NCBI GenBank assembly: GCA_037379345.1
Contig: CM074517.1
Span: 10,540,001-10,604,000 of the forward strand
DNA length: 64,000 nt
DNA from: Perna viridis
Lineage: Eukaryota
Direction: 5' to 3'
Both the position numbers and the translations under genes were made by a program. The notes under the pieces were generated by a model. It was not told the origin of the DNA. It did no database searches and was given only the letters and a program-made list of their open reading frames with translations. This document shows positions 26,391 to 41,000 of this stretch, piece by piece (within the stretch, counting starts at the first letter, position 1; every line of letters starts with the position of its first letter).

Positions 26391-27939
26391 ACAGCATTTG
26401 TGGCAGTCCTGAAAATTATTTAGATATTTTATATCTCCAGGTTTGTTTGTAATAGATGATATTATGGCAATATTCAATAGCTTAGAATTAAATATCTATG
26501 ACTTTGAAAATTAATACATTAGAAAAAGTCGAAATTCTATAAGGACATTACTTCTGCAAAGGATGATTTTTTTGTGAAAAAAAAATCAAAATTTATATAT
26601 TAATTAAATACACAAATTTCTATAACCTTTCAAGAAAGTTCTGTGCTACATTGTAGCATTTTATGTGAAAAGAAAGTGTAATATCGAAAACATCACATAA
26701 AGTGAATTTTCTAAGCGTCATTTCTGGTCCAAATATGGTAGCAACCTTTCTATAGCAACCGATTAAAAATATTTTCAGGAGCTTTTTTATCTCAAAATAT
26801 GGTAGCAGTAAAATATACAAAATTGGAGCAAAATCTGGTATGCCATTTCCAAAGGTACGTTACATTCTTTGATTTTTATAGAAATGTTCTCTTTAGAATG
26901 AAGCACGTAACTTCTTCTCTATAAATTGGAACTTTTATTCATGTGAAAGGAAATGAAAAAACTAAAAGAATAAAATGCTCGGACGTCCGGGTTTTCCAAA
27001 ATACCGCTGGATATAATTTATATCAATTAAATTGTGCACAGAGTTCTTTTTTTACATTTTTATTATTTTAGATGATGTATAGTCTTTACGTCATTAAAAA
27101 TTTATTTATCGAATAAAATCAATTCTGTTGTACGTTTTGCTCGATCAAGGATATCAAATGATTTACAGAGGTCATCATGGTAGTTTCGTGAAACAGTTCA
27201 GCATGGTTTTAATATCAGTTCTTTAATGTTGTTTGATGACAATCTAAAGAGAAGAAAAAAGGAAAAGAAAAAAGGTAGTAATTAGAATGTTTAGAAACCA
27301 TATTCGACATTTAGTTAGTGTATTTTCTTTTTCATACACTACAAAGAACTCCCGCAACGATAATTATTTTAATAGTAAATTGGTAGAATGCGAGGGTGTA
27401 TCCCTACTACTTCTCTTCCGTTCTTCGCTAGTGCAACAGGATATACATTTGAAGACTCAATTATAAATTAATGTTTGGTTTTACTAAATTGTCAGTAATA
27501 AAACATTTCATGTTCAATAATATTTGTTTTTTTCTCATCATTAAAAAAAAATACTGACGCAATTATTATTCATTTTGATTTGCACATCGTACTTAAAACA
27601 TGATCATAATTTCTTGTCATTATCTTGTCAATTTAAAACTCATTGTACTACTTTTGTCATGGTCGTATTAAGATTTTTGTCATTTCATATTCAAATCCGA
27701 CGGATTACTGAAGATATGTAATAAGTATGCAAGTGGAAGTAGATGATTTTTACCTATAGATATGTCCTCAGTTAAATAGTGGACTATACCAAGTCCATGT
27801 CACCTACCCTACCGGTGCACATCATCTATTTTTCTAGTGTTAAGGGGAGTCTGTTTGATTTTTCTGTGCTTAAGCCTTCAGTCTCTGTGATTATGCGGAT
27901 TCCATGTTATCTTTTTGATGCATTTTGGCTTTGTTCCTT

Positions 27940-28720
27940 CTATTCCTTCACTTTTTATCAGTCTGAGTTAATAGTTGATCTCATCCAAAAAAAAAAAAAA
28001 AATTGTTTATCCAGATCCTTTGATATCAGTTTTCTTAATACAGAAGACGTTTTGTCTTTAAACAATCCTAGATTCGAGTATTTTATACATCGCATTTACC
28101 TTAAATAGCTTAAGATAAAACATACAACAAACTCTATGAAGTCAGCCTTACTTATTGACCTACTCTTATATATCGATGAAAATGAAAACTCATGATTCAA
28201 TTATACGACAAACGCTTTTTGACTTCTGGTTCCGCCAGAGCTTGCCAAAACTACAGTAAGCGGACTTTTTGCTAGACTTCATACAATCAGGCTTCAAGTC
28301 ATCAATACGAAAGTTTAATGATTGCCACCACAAACTCGTGGATATCGATATGTTGCAAAATCCACAACATGTCATTTCCAAAAGCACTTTGCGTTTTTTG
28401 AATTGTATAGAGAACGATTCATAAAGACTTTCTTTATAAATTGAAACTATTGTAATTTCGTTTATTTGACGTGTCATTGTTTTCCACTTTCGTTAACCTA
28501 GACGTAACATTTTATGAACAACTCGACGAGTATTTCTAGAAAAGAGAAAGACGTTTACCCTACCGGTGTACCTTGTTCATGTTCATAATTAGTGGAGCTC
28601 GAGGGCCTCATTTACATTTGTTTCATATATATGCGTGTCATTTTGGTTAGCTCATGTTCTTTGATATGGTTGTGTGTCTGTTTTCTTTGTCTAGTTGTTA
28701 TTCCTTGATTTTCCCTTAAC
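27940..28720 (+). mobile_element. Older decayed copy of the same PLE-like RT element
   Basis: Colinear similarity to 9241-10050 (SRSFDISFLNTEDVLSLNNPRFEYFIHRIY; gtcagcct...tgacctac; atgaacaactcg...tttctagaaaa), with stops and deletions. Confidence 0.8.
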
Positions 28721-30960
28721 CCCCTGTGACATCCGAATTTGAAATTTGTTTTTATTATGATTTAAAATGTATATGTTTTTATTCGAATCAAATTGTTATT
28801 TAAAACAATCTTTATAATTCATTTTTAAACCACACACACCAGGCACTCTGTTTCAATGTAATAACTATTTTTTACCATCTCGTTTACCAAATTTTATCAA
28901 CATTTATACCTTTCACAATCTCATATATTAAAAATGTCAGCACCTTTACCGAATAATTTCTAATGCCTATACTACTTTCAAGTATCTATACCAACATTTT
29001 AAAGCATACAATGACCACCATGCCATCAAATAACCACCATCAACTTTGTCATCAACCATTAAAAGTCAACCCGTAATTTAATGCTCAGATTCTCTCAAAT
29101 TATTTGATTTGAGTTGTAATATGCCTTTTGATTAGTTGGTGTTCTATGGGCTACCTCAGTTATTTTATATAGACTACCTTGGTACTGTGACATCAGCTCG
29201 ATTGGTACCCAGTCCGCGATTAAAAATATCCCGAACTTAATTTTGGTTCAGATGTATTTTTGATCTTTGATCAACTTGAACCTTGCGGTTCATGAAGCGT
29301 TAACTACCCCAAAAATGGGTATTTCACTGTGCTCATACTCCCTACATATTAAGGTAGACCTTGAATAAGGGATGTAATCCAGAAAGAAATGTTTTCAGTC
29401 ACTAGAACGTTTGATTGACTCTTCATATTCAAGCCTCAAGATGATACTACAAATCCAGGCAAGGGTTCAACTTCTAGAACAAAGAAATCAGCCTCCTGCA
29501 ACTAAGAGATACATGTTTCAAATGCATACATTGAGGAATATATATTTCATTAGGTTGGAAAATGTTGGAAGTGACGTCATCTATTGCATACAAAGATTTC
29601 TTGAGATAAATTTCCTAAAATTAAAATGTGAAATATAAAACAGTACGGCTTACCAATAACATTACCAGTTTTAATAATCCTTAATCTTTTAGAGTTGAAA
29701 AAAGATCCTATTTTATTTAAAAGCTTTCTGCTTTCATTATATAGAAGCGTTCAGCATATGACTCTATCCAATTATTTAACCATGTCATATAAATTTGTCC
29801 AAAAACAGAAAATGAATATTTGTTTGACATTATTTTGCATTATCTGTGCTTGGCAATGCTCTTTCTCTAATATAAATAATCATAATTTGATATTAGGTAA
29901 AGAAATGTTTCCATTGCTGTACCTAAAGATCATTTAAACATTTAAAACAATTACACGGTGAACTTTTCTAAAATGTCTTTTATATTTTCGTACATGTATT
30001 ATGGTCCATATAAGATCAGTTTTGTACGAAAATTGATTTTTTTGCAAAATAGAGGTTTTTATATAAGCAAATAACACAAAATTGGCCCCTTTTTTTGTTA
30101 TTTTAGTAAAATGAAAGCCCAGTTTCTCTTCCAAAAATATAACTAGTATAAAACAATTTATATTAGATCTTATATATTAAACCTTTTTAAGTAAATTTGA
30201 CTTAACATTGTGTTGTTTATTTAAATGCTCTAGCAAATCTGACCCTAGATATTCAGTTTAGCCAATGATTCAGATGTCTGAAAATAGCAATTTTTGAGTC
30301 CTTATATTCAGTCTGCACGGTGAATGTACAAATTCAAAAAATTGAATTATGGGATAATAATGAGGGTAACCAAGGTCTATTACCTCAAGACACATCCATA
30401 TTATAGTATTCTTACAATACTTAAATGCAGAACACAATCTCACAAATTACCGATATTCAATTCACTTTAATACACGAAATTTAAGAATGAAAAAGCATGT
30501 TCTACTACGATGATGTATTATTTCTTGCATTTTTTTCTAATATTGTTAGCGACTTCTTGCACTCGTTATTTCAGTACTTTACATTCGCATATGATTTGCA
30601 TAATTATATATTACCACTCCACATTAAGCTGCTGATCGGTGCCGTGTTTACCGTCATAGCTTCGTAGTTCTAGCTTCATACGAGATCAAAATGTACCTCT
30701 TAAATATCATACACAAATGTTGTGAGTGTGTTGTTTGCTTATATAAGAACGGAAAGTTTACGCCAAGAGATAAAATGATCGGTTAGCACTGAACTTTACC
30801 CAGTTTCCGATTCTGACGCAGGGCCTATTACTATTGAATATACATGTCATGTACATCATAAGGGCTTCGATATCTATATAAATATATATTTCCATATATT
30901 TAATCTGGTTCCTTGTAACCAGTCGTATTTATTGAAAACATTCGGCATATCACGGTTACG

Positions 30961-31005
30961 AAAGAGTAATCATATCAAAGGAAGCAGGATTCTAGCGGAA
31001 GTCAC
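30961..31005 (-). mobile_element. Extreme 3' tip of the PLE-like element
   Basis: aaagagtaatcatatcaaaggaagcaggattctagcggaagtca resembles the family terminus. Confidence 0.4.
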
Positions 31006-31341
31006 CCGAGTTTAGAGCATAGCGTGCCAGGTTGAAAGTAAGCAAATATCAGTGGCAAAGAATATTTGACGATTAGCGACTTTGAAGACTTCAGTCTTTG
31101 TTTTTCTTTTAAAATCAATTCTTTATTTTCATTCTTGCATTTCAACCAAATATCCAAAATCCGTGTTGTCAATCATTTATTACCAGCATCTTCATCAAAT
31201 AAGTCAAATAAACTGAACTTAGACTACCACTGAAGAAAAATGAATATTAAGTAATCATGTTCTAATCATACGAGTATATGCAAAGCAATAAATAATATCA
31301 ATACAAATAGAATATTACGGAAATAAAGACATCTTATACTT

Positions 31342-31493
31342 AAAGAGCAATCAAGGGAACCAAGGTTATAGCGGTAATCATAAGAATGTAATCCAGAGAC
31401 AAAGACCAGACATACACAACAAAGAACATAAAGTACCTAAAATCAAACATAAAAAGTAACAAAAGCAAATGAGCAACTCGGACTCCACTAAAA
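31342..31493 (-). mobile_element. 3'-terminal ~150 bp of the PLE-like element
   Basis: aagagcaatcaagggaaccaaggttatagcggtaatc...gagcaactcggactccactaaaa. Confidence 0.85.
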
Positions 31494-34037
31494 TATACAA
31501 ACCGTAATTTTTTACTCTGCCACATAGGTTTAGGTATGAAGGACAGAGTATTTGTACTCATTAAGGGCAATAACAAAATTATCGAACTAAACGCAGGGAA
31601 AAAACAATAAGTCTACACATACAATTCATCTAATATGAAGTCATGTTGCGCCTATGAGAGACCGAGCTATTTTTTCTCTAATAACATCGACTTTGTGGAT
31701 AATTCACCTCTATGTTGTTATATTGTTGATGTCTCGACCATCGAAAATTTGCGAGACCTCATTGAACGCACGCTGTACGTTTGCGTTAAAGCTAAAACAG
31801 ATCCTTACTGCTGACATAATTTCCGAGAGAAAAAAAAAGAACTATTTATGACAGAGAATCTACATATAAAGGACGTTGAAGACGCTCAGTCCCTATATCT
31901 GACTTCTATTATTTTTTGTAATCAATCAATGTTAGCACTCTAACGAATAATTCAATGTCCTCAAATTCACAACTCTCAGCAGTCAACCAAGTACATTCTC
32001 AGACCTATAATTTGATTCTTTGCATACATATTTTATTATCAATCATTTGTCCAGTTACTCAATATCCACGATCAATGAAGGTCGGCATTTTACATTCTTG
32101 TAGAAACTTTCACTAACTATTGTAAGTGTAAGTTCACACACTTAATAATTTCGGCTAAGGACAAACCTCGATAAAAGCGACATACCTATTTTATTCAGCA
32201 ACTTATCATTATCATTACTGCCTGTTATTTTCTACCTCCGTCATACTAAACCGGCAATATCCAATGACAACGTCACGTCAAATCAACAAAACATCGTTGA
32301 TAATCAAAATAACGTCAGCTTTGAACATCTTCATATAACATCACATTTCGAAATATCGGGCTGATGGTGACATTTTTTCATTTGGCTTCTAAACTGTTTT
32401 TTTTTTCTGTTTATGCGTTAATATTGTCTTAACGGTGAAAATGCCATGCACCATCCTGCATAGAATTCTTTCTGAATTGTTACTTCAATCACACATTGAC
32501 GTCCTATAAATAATAAATATTTTAGTATTTCAATATGTTAGTACTGATACAAGCGGATATTTACAGTTCACAGAATGGTCAATATCACCCAACAAAATGA
32601 CAGTCATAATTCTTTCTTACAACACACGCGCTTTTCATTTGACCAAAACCACACGAGTCTTCGAACTGGTGGAGAGTGCGCTACCACTAAACTTCCCTCA
32701 GGAAATAATTCAATCAATTTAAGAAAATATATATGAATATGAACCACTTCTGTTGTATTTTCATAGATAAAATGATAAAAAATAGAGTTATGGTAAAACA
32801 TGCCAAAAAAATCGGCAATGCACATGCCATTGTCTGTCGACCATCAGCAAATCAAAAATCAGTCTTCGAGAAGACACTTTCCACAAATAGGAAATGAAAA
32901 AACAGACATTATTTATCCAACAAATGGTTACAGAAAACGTTTTTAAAGGTTTCCCTGGATCAAAACTCTTACGTTTCAAGCAATGCCAATTGAGTAAATT
33001 GTTACAGTCAACTCTCGATTGGAACGTTTAAAATATATACATATTTTTTGTTTTATTTTGTTTTTTTGTTACATGAATGATTATTTCATTGTGTGTTTTT
33101 GTTGTTGTTTATTTTGTATGATGGTTTTCAAAATAATTTTGAAACGTCATAGTTTATGGGATTTATAAAACTTCAACAATTTGCTCCCATGGAAACAAAA
33201 TACGCTGTTAAATCAATTAAAAAGATTTAAAAAAATACAATTATTTTCTTATCATCCCCCGAATCTTTAACCTAAATTTGAAATAATTCATTTTCATCTT
33301 TGACATTTTGATGTAGTTTATCTTTTGCTTGATTTTTGCTCTATATCTTTCTTTCCACATGTTAGGCATGACAGCAGAGAAGGCGTTGGTGTGTGCGATA
33401 ACAGAGTATAACTTCTATGTCCGTCCAGTTCAGAGCGGTTTTATCATTTCTACTTCGTTGATTGTAGGTGATGAAATGATTATTGTTGTATTTCCTACGG
33501 CATCACCTTTCCAGACAAAAGTTCCGACGATAAAATAGTAACATTTTATATTGCATTAAACTTTTTAATGGCGTCATTTCTACAGCTATTCTAAATTTAG
33601 ATACGCCTCGTGCGAAAAATTACGGGTTTGATTAGGAGATGTTGAATCTAAGAAAATTGGAGACAGGAAGTCTCAGCTTATTTGATATACTCGATACTAT
33701 ATTTAGCATAGCCATCCTCCGAAGTCGTAATTTTGAAACCAAGTTGTTGACACTGGTATTTGAAAGGCCAAGGAATGTTCAGAAAAGTGTCACTTGTAGC
33801 ATATTTAAAGACTTTTCACACTTAATAAAATTTATAAGTGACCTTTTTCAATGCTATATACATAATTTATTCTGATAACAATAACAGGTGTTCTTCGGAT
33901 ATTTTGTCGCCTTGTAAACAAAATTCTTTTCTGAACTTTGAGTACTAAAACGGCAAAGTAAAACTAACAAATTTAACGAAAGAAAATCGAGCAAAGAAAA
34001 TCAGCAATTAAAAAGCTAATTTGAACAATTGGTGAGC

Positions 34038-34051
34038 AAAAAAAAAAAAAA

Positions 34052-34083
<32 letters not shown>

Positions 34084-34100
34084 CAAAAAATAACAAAACA
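34038..34100. repeat. Poly(A)/(AAAAC)n microsatellite
   Basis: Directly visible. Confidence 0.9.
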
Positions 34101-36789
34101 ATTCAAGATAATCATACAACATACATATAATCGAGTAGCATTAAAATAGCAACTCAATGGTTGTGTTACATTTGTAGAAGATAATAGTTCAACTGATAGT
34201 TTGTATTAGTTAATTATAAAGTCATATTTTAAAATGCTTATTATCTGATGATTTATTCATTATGCTCATTAATCAACACTGTGCTTATGCGGCTCATATA
34301 TCATGTTTTGAAGAAAACTTTGCGACTAATTAATAGAAAGAATTCATTCTGCAACCAAAGAACAGCTCACAATTTCAATATGTTCATACAGTATACATAT
34401 TGTTTAACTTAAAAGTTTACATAATTCCTTTTACTTATGTAGAAAGTGACAAATAAACGATACTTATTTAAATTTGAACACGCTTAAAGAATAGTTTTGG
34501 AGACAAACTAATTTTAAGTTCTTATCCTTTATAAAATATTTCTTAGTTAAATGTTTCTTTCGTAAAAATGTAAAATTTTCAGAAAATTAACATTTGATTA
34601 TGTGACAGTCTTGGATATTAAATACATAATTACATATTTTATTTTTGCTTTAATACACTTCGACAGGTATACAATTATTTAACAATTGATCTTATCGTTG
34701 ACAAGGACAGTGTTGACGTTCGGAAGCATCAAGTGATCAGAAATGACCATTTCTCTTGTCAGTGTCAACCTTGATAAATAGGACTGGCAAATTTAAATTT
34801 TACTTTTGTCCAATCATTAAATATAAACTTGATCTCACTTTCTTTCAATTATCTTATTTTATCACGAACATGGTAGTCTTTATAATATATTTATGAGTTG
34901 TACGTATTTCGTATGATGAAAATTACCATCTAAGAAATTATTATGGGTAACCGCAACATCTCTAGTCGCATAGAGGAAATATATTTTTGTGATTTTCTAT
35001 TTTGGTAATCATTCAAAGTTTCACGTTTTACAAATACAAGTCGATACTCATAAACGTTTTTATCGGTAAGTTCATAAAGTATTCATGTACTTTTTGAACT
35101 AATAATTTCCTGAAAAAAAATGTATGCGGTATTTGTTTCAGTTGTTACTATGCTATACATATGCTGTACAAGCATCCATAACCAACCCAAAATAAAACAA
35201 ACAAAATCCAAACTTTCCTTAAACTTTAAATGAGACCAATTTAAGAGAAGTCTTTGGAAATTCAAATCCTGATATGGGATAGTATTGGTTTACTTTAGTT
35301 TTTAGAGAAGTATGTTTGCATGATTCATGAGGTATCATAATTTTTATGATATTCGTAGGTAATAAAATACTGTTTTTTATATGAAAAATATTTTAATTAA
35401 AATGTTGAAAAAATCATTTATATATTGGCATCAACTTAATAGAGTAAATTGGCCAATATTTCAAACAAGAAAATAAATTTAAAATACTGTCGTTTGCTCA
35501 TCTAGCTTAGTCTGTACGGTATAAATTTTCTACTTAAGTTTTAAAGGAACACATACTGTCTCACGCTGTCTCTTGTTGACATATTACGTTTTATTATTGG
35601 ATTAAGGGGATTTGACATGTTACGGTATAACGTTTGACAATACAGTTTTTGACGTAATTTTATACTTTACATTGGATTAATATGTGTTTTATTTTCTAAG
35701 TCTGTATACGTTTTCACAAAACTGATGGTTTATTTATTGAACGTTTACAATTTATCGATGTAGATATTGTCGAGTAATGAAATATGAATTATTTTCGCGC
35801 GGAATAAATGGAACGATTTTGAATTGCTTATATACATTTAAGTTGTCACATTAAGAATGACAAGTATTGTATGACTTTCTTAGTGTAAAGTATCTTTTTG
35901 GGAGTGGGTCGTCCGTATTTATCATAAATTAACCAATTTTACCATTTTCTTTGAAATACATCATATGTGTTTTTAAGTTATCAGCAGTCGAAGGAGAATA
36001 TGCTCGGTAAAGGAAGTCTTAAAACGTTCGCCTTCCAATGCGTCACCCTTTAAAACATTTTTGACAATGTTGACATTAATCTGTACACAGATATAAAGGA
36101 TCTCCCGCAATCAGATCACCAGTAATGGTACCAAGCAAGTATCAGAGGCGTCACTTGTTAAACGCCTTACTATTATACTGTATAGGTAACCAGTCAGAGA
36201 TATAATACGTCTCCCTGTTGTAGCCGGCGACAGTGATTAAAACACTTTATATAGATAGACGGAAATTGAGCTCCCCTGTGAAAGTCTTCTACACGTGCCC
36301 GATCAGCCAGAAGATTGGTAAGTAATCAATTGACAAAATGAACGACTTAAACACTAGATTTCCTAAAGAAATACTGACAGTGATTTGTTTACACCCCGAA
36401 TAATCTATTTAGTTATATTAATAAGAAAAGTGATAACATCTCAGGTCTGTCTATTTTTTCTGCGGTTAAACGTTTTCGACAGTTTTCATTATGATTGTTT
36501 GAACATTTAAATATATGTTTAGAGCAACCAAAATGGTTTTGGTAATAACCCTATTTAACTTAAACATAATGTTAGGACAATTGGTAAATTACTTGTAGTA
36601 TTAATTTCCTTTAGGCTTATCTAAGTTCACTCTGAGAACAGTTGTTCAACAAAATGTATTTAGTTGATGATCTCGGATGAAATGCCTTACAAATAACAAT
36701 GTCAAAATGTCTTAATTCTTGCATGTGGAAATGCTTTCGTTTTATAGTCAACTTCAAGTAGAATAATTTGTATGTCATGCAGTGCTATC

Positions 36790-37001
36790 CAGGGGCGGAT
36801 CCAGGATTTTAGGCTGGGGGGGGGGGGGCACAGTTAAAATTTTTCTCTAGAGTGGGTGCAATGTAGATACCTTTGGTGGTAAAATTAGCGAGAAATTAAA
36901 GTTTTAACCTAAAACCGCCTAAATCTACCCCTGACAACCCATGCTTTGCAAATTTTAGGGAAGGCGCACGCCCGCCACGCCAACGCCTGAATCAGCCCCT
37001 G
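36790..37001. mobile_element. MITE with CAGGGGCGGATCCAGG-type terminal inverted repeats
   Basis: Left caggggcggatccagg and right cctgaatcagcccctg (14/16 complementary), with an internal poly-G run. No clean TSD seen. Confidence 0.8.
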
Positions 37002-37090
37002 CTATATTTTGTTAATTATATGAATCAAATTATTTCTTACAATTTGCACCAGCACCGTGTTTGTCAAAATTATCTTCAGATAAAAGAAGA

Positions 37091-37325
37091 AAGAATAATC
37101 AAGAGAACCAAGGTTATAGCAGTAATCAAAAGAATGTAATTTAGGGACAAGGACCAGACATGGAAAACAGACGTATACAACAAAGAACATAAAGTAACTA
37201 AAATCATACATACAAAGTAAGAAAAGCAAATGAGTAACTCGGACTCCACTAAAAACTGGGAGCATGGACCAAGTGCACCAGTAGGGTAAGCGTCCTCTGC
37301 TTTTCTAGAAACACCCACCGAGTTG
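37091..37325 (-). mobile_element. 3'-terminal ~235 bp of the PLE-like element
   Basis: Close reverse-complement match to 47893-48128. Confidence 0.9.
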
Positions 37326-37519
37326 AAGAAGAAAAGAAGAAGAAGAAAAGGACCACATGATTATAATCTAAAGTGTGGTGATATATATATTATTATGTAA
37401 GCTTGCTTAATACATTTTTATAATAAATACTTGTTCCAACCTTTGTTTTTATAATCTTAAAATGCGGCTACACTTTAATGTACTGTTTGGTCTTTTCGGA
37501 CACTGCTTATAATAAAGAT

Positions 37520-37800
37520 GATACAAGGTTCAGAAAAACCCAACAAACTTACAAAGTTTTTCTTTGGTATACATACGTAACATAATTTCGTACCTATAGT
37601 CCTTTCTGTTTTGGAGAAAAAACATATATTCATCTCCCTTTTAACAACAAAGTATGATAACTCCATGTTAAATATTTTTTTTCTCAAAGTGACAACAACC
37701 GAACGAAAAAATCTGGCTATTTGGTATTAAACTGGCAGAAAAATAAAAGTGAATTTGATGGGTTTTCGACATAAGTGTATTAACTCCTATCTGATATTAA
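37520..37800 (+). repeat. Dispersed repeat, copy 1 (paralog at 49735-50060)
   Basis: Shared blocks cagaaaaaccca, ctatagtcctttctg, ggagaaaa, ctcaaa(aa)gtg, gtgaatttg/gtaatttg, in the same order. Confidence 0.7.
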
Positions 37801-37842
37801 TAAATGCTGTTAATTAAAACGAAAAAAAAAGAAAGAAAAAAA

Positions 37843-38040
37843 AAATACTCTAGAGAGTCTGAGTCGCTAACCTGATAAAATTTTAATTGCAGACACTACA
37901 AGAATGCCACGGCCATATTTTGTATCAGTCAACTGAAAAGTTCAAGAGGAGAATTTTTTTAAAGACAAGTTTACGGCGACGGATGCAAAGTGATGACAAA
38001 AGCTCACATGGACTTTTGGTCAAGGTTTACTAAAAAACTA
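37843..38040 (-). mobile_element. Decayed Helentron-associated (HINE/pearl-like) non-autonomous element
   Basis: gtcgctaacctg near one end and gacggatgcaaagtgatgacaaaagctcacatggacttttggtcaaggt...taaaaa at the other, resembling the terminal layout of bivalve HINEs. Confidence 0.55.
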
Positions 38041-41000
38041 AAAAAAAAAAACCCTTGCGGTTTCTAAATCTAATGGCGCGGGAGCGTTAGCGCGAAATAA
38101 AACCTGGTTTAATCCACCCTATATTTTGTACCAAGTCAGGATCATTGTGGTTTTTTACCCTGATATTGCCTTTTGTTATATGGACTTTCCTTTGGGCTAT
38201 TTCTTCTATTTTTTTTTCTACTTCTACTTAGATTTTATCAATACGGTAATTTTGTTATCACCCTTCTTTAAATATTTGACAGAAACCAAGGTTCTCATCA
38301 GGATTTAGCTGTCTATTTTCCCATTTCATGGATTCTCTACCATTATTTTCAAGATGACAGTTTAGCGGAGTTGAGCTTATTTAGGTAGAAACACTCTATC
38401 GTCTCACCTTATTAAAAATACACGTACCCTGACATTTAAAATTGAAAAAAAAATCATATCATAACCTTGACTTCACCTCTAACCTTTATCATGTTTCTTG
38501 ATAAAAAAAAAGAAAACAATATTTAAAAACAGAGTATTTTAATAGAATTGAATGCTAAAATGTATTTGACTATACGTTTTCTATTGATGGGAGGATGTTT
38601 CAAAAAGTCACATAATATATTCTGTAGTTTTGCTTTCTTTTAAAGAATGAAAAACACAACTGTCTGTAACAGAGACAATTAAAATTAATTATTTAATGTT
38701 TCTAGAAGCATAAATGTTAGTTCATTCATACATACCATATCATGCTTGAATATGGTAATTAAATTCCATGTGATTGTACATAAAAGAAACAAAGACTTAA
38801 TATAATTGACAACGTTACAACCACCCACGACTCCCCCAAAAGCAAAGAGGAAAATCCTTTATGAATACAATGTATAAAATATTAATAATATGCTTAACTG
38901 TCGAGTTTTATTAGCGGAATGAAACGCACTTTTGATGAGGGGTCATAAGTTTATATTAATAACAGAATTAATGAGACAAATTTATTGCAGTTGTGGGTGT
39001 GAGCTTATGTCTACTTTTTTCATATTCAATATTTTGACATCCCATGGTAGTACATAAACGGTCACATATTAAAAGAACAAATGAAGTTGGCATATAGAGC
39101 CATGTCCAAATGCAAAGTTGGAAGTATAATTAAATCGAGTATAGACCAACATTGTGCCATATTACTAGGCAAATTAAAATAGATATTAAACCATTTTTTT
39201 ACATTTTCTATGAAGTTAAAATGAAATATGAAAATACTGAACAGTACACGACACAAATAATTAAAGACATTAGGCAATGAACATTGGTTGAAAAAAAAAG
39301 AAATTAGTAACAATTCGTCACGTGCTTAGTGAATATATCATACTAACGCTTAATTTGTGGTGGAAAAAGAATTACAGAACTTCCTTCATATACATATATA
39401 ATTAAACTAACGACAAAACTGGAAGTGCTTCAATACTGTGGTGCTTACAGTTAAAAGAAGATTACAGGGATATTGTTCGTCATTGTAAAAATTTAGAAAA
39501 ATGGTACAATTGAAATAACATACGGAGTTTTCTTGATGAAATATTTATTACAGAATTTAACTGAAGTCGTTGAAAACGACTTGGATGCAAGCTTGAGGCT
39601 ACTCTTGAAATGGTATCATAACTTTATTATTAATTTATAGACTTAATTTTGACAAGTTACCATCAAAAAGAGAAGAAACCTTTAGATAACATACACAAAA
39701 ATACGTATGACATTGTACAGATGTACTCAGTGCTTAAGTTTTTATTTATATAATAGCAATTATCAATGTTCTATCTTAAAGCTATGTTCCTGTGCATGCC
39801 ATTAATTTCATTATTGAATGAATTATGAAATCAGTCAATAATGATCAAATTAATCTACAAAAACCTAATAAGAATTTTTTATACTGGATATATCTAATGC
39901 AAAAATTTATGGGGTGTCATATTTACTACATTGATAAACAAGATTAATTAAATTATTTGAAGTTCACATGATCTGAAGTGCAACATTATTTAAACGGTTG
40001 TGGACTATATTACTCGTCCATAGTTCGTGTCGGTTAACCTTTATTTAGACCTCGTGATCTTGAAAATCTTTGCGAAAAACGGCTTCTTTGTGAAGTGTCA
40101 ACCCGATCCTTTGCAAGACGGAAATTAGAAGATTTTATCAGCTCGAGAGATATATAGCTTTGCCCCTAAGGTCACATTAGCTTGTCAAAGAGTACTTACA
40201 GGCTTCAAAGACCATTTTCCTATAGTCTATCGATTATTGTTGTACTCATTATTTGGATAAAAAAGAATAGTTAAGTCTATTAGTCTAATTACAGGCTATT
40301 CAAATAAATACGGGTGTAAATTATATATCATTACTTTCCAATGTTTTTACATTACCGAATACGTGAAATTTTAAATATAAACCAGCAAATTTGAGGGCAA
40401 ATCTGATTAAGGGATACCGCACTCTCCTACACCAGTAATCATATAGTCTTAATTAAAAAAAAGTCACCTAAAGAAACTTCCATCCGAAATCAAATTCCAC
40501 GAATGGCATAGCTATTGTTATGAAACAGTTTTGTCTTTTCTTGGGAAAAAAAATCTCTACCATCTGTGCAATAATCAGAACCTAAATCACAGTTGAGTCT
40601 TAAATTCTCATTTTAATGTTTTAGTTGGTTTTTTATCAGTCCTGTCTGAAAACCCAAGACTGCTGCATTGGCATTAACTGTCAAAAAAGCTTCGGTATAA
40701 AACTTGTTATATTTCTTTTAATTCCCACATTACGACAATTTTTGGGCCGTTTTATTCGAAGTTTCCGCGATCAAATTAAATTCGAATTACCATTTATTTT
40801 ACTGTCACCTAATCGTTCACTAATTAAATATTATATTGTGTAAATAAAGCAAACGCAGCACTTCAGCTGTTGATGTATTTGTATTCTACACAGGGGCTTA
40901 TTCAGGGCTGCCATGCGGAGTTCCTCAGAAAAAAGGGATGCTGGGACATTATTAACCATTTTTTTATTTCTTTTGAATGCTTTGCATGGTTTTCTCATGG

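Noticed and set aside
32600-33900. Several 60-80 aa ORFs with a slightly protein-like look
   Set aside because: No recognisable domain, no consistent splice sites, and stops in neighbouring sequence; a decayed TE is possible but unsupported without TBLASTX.
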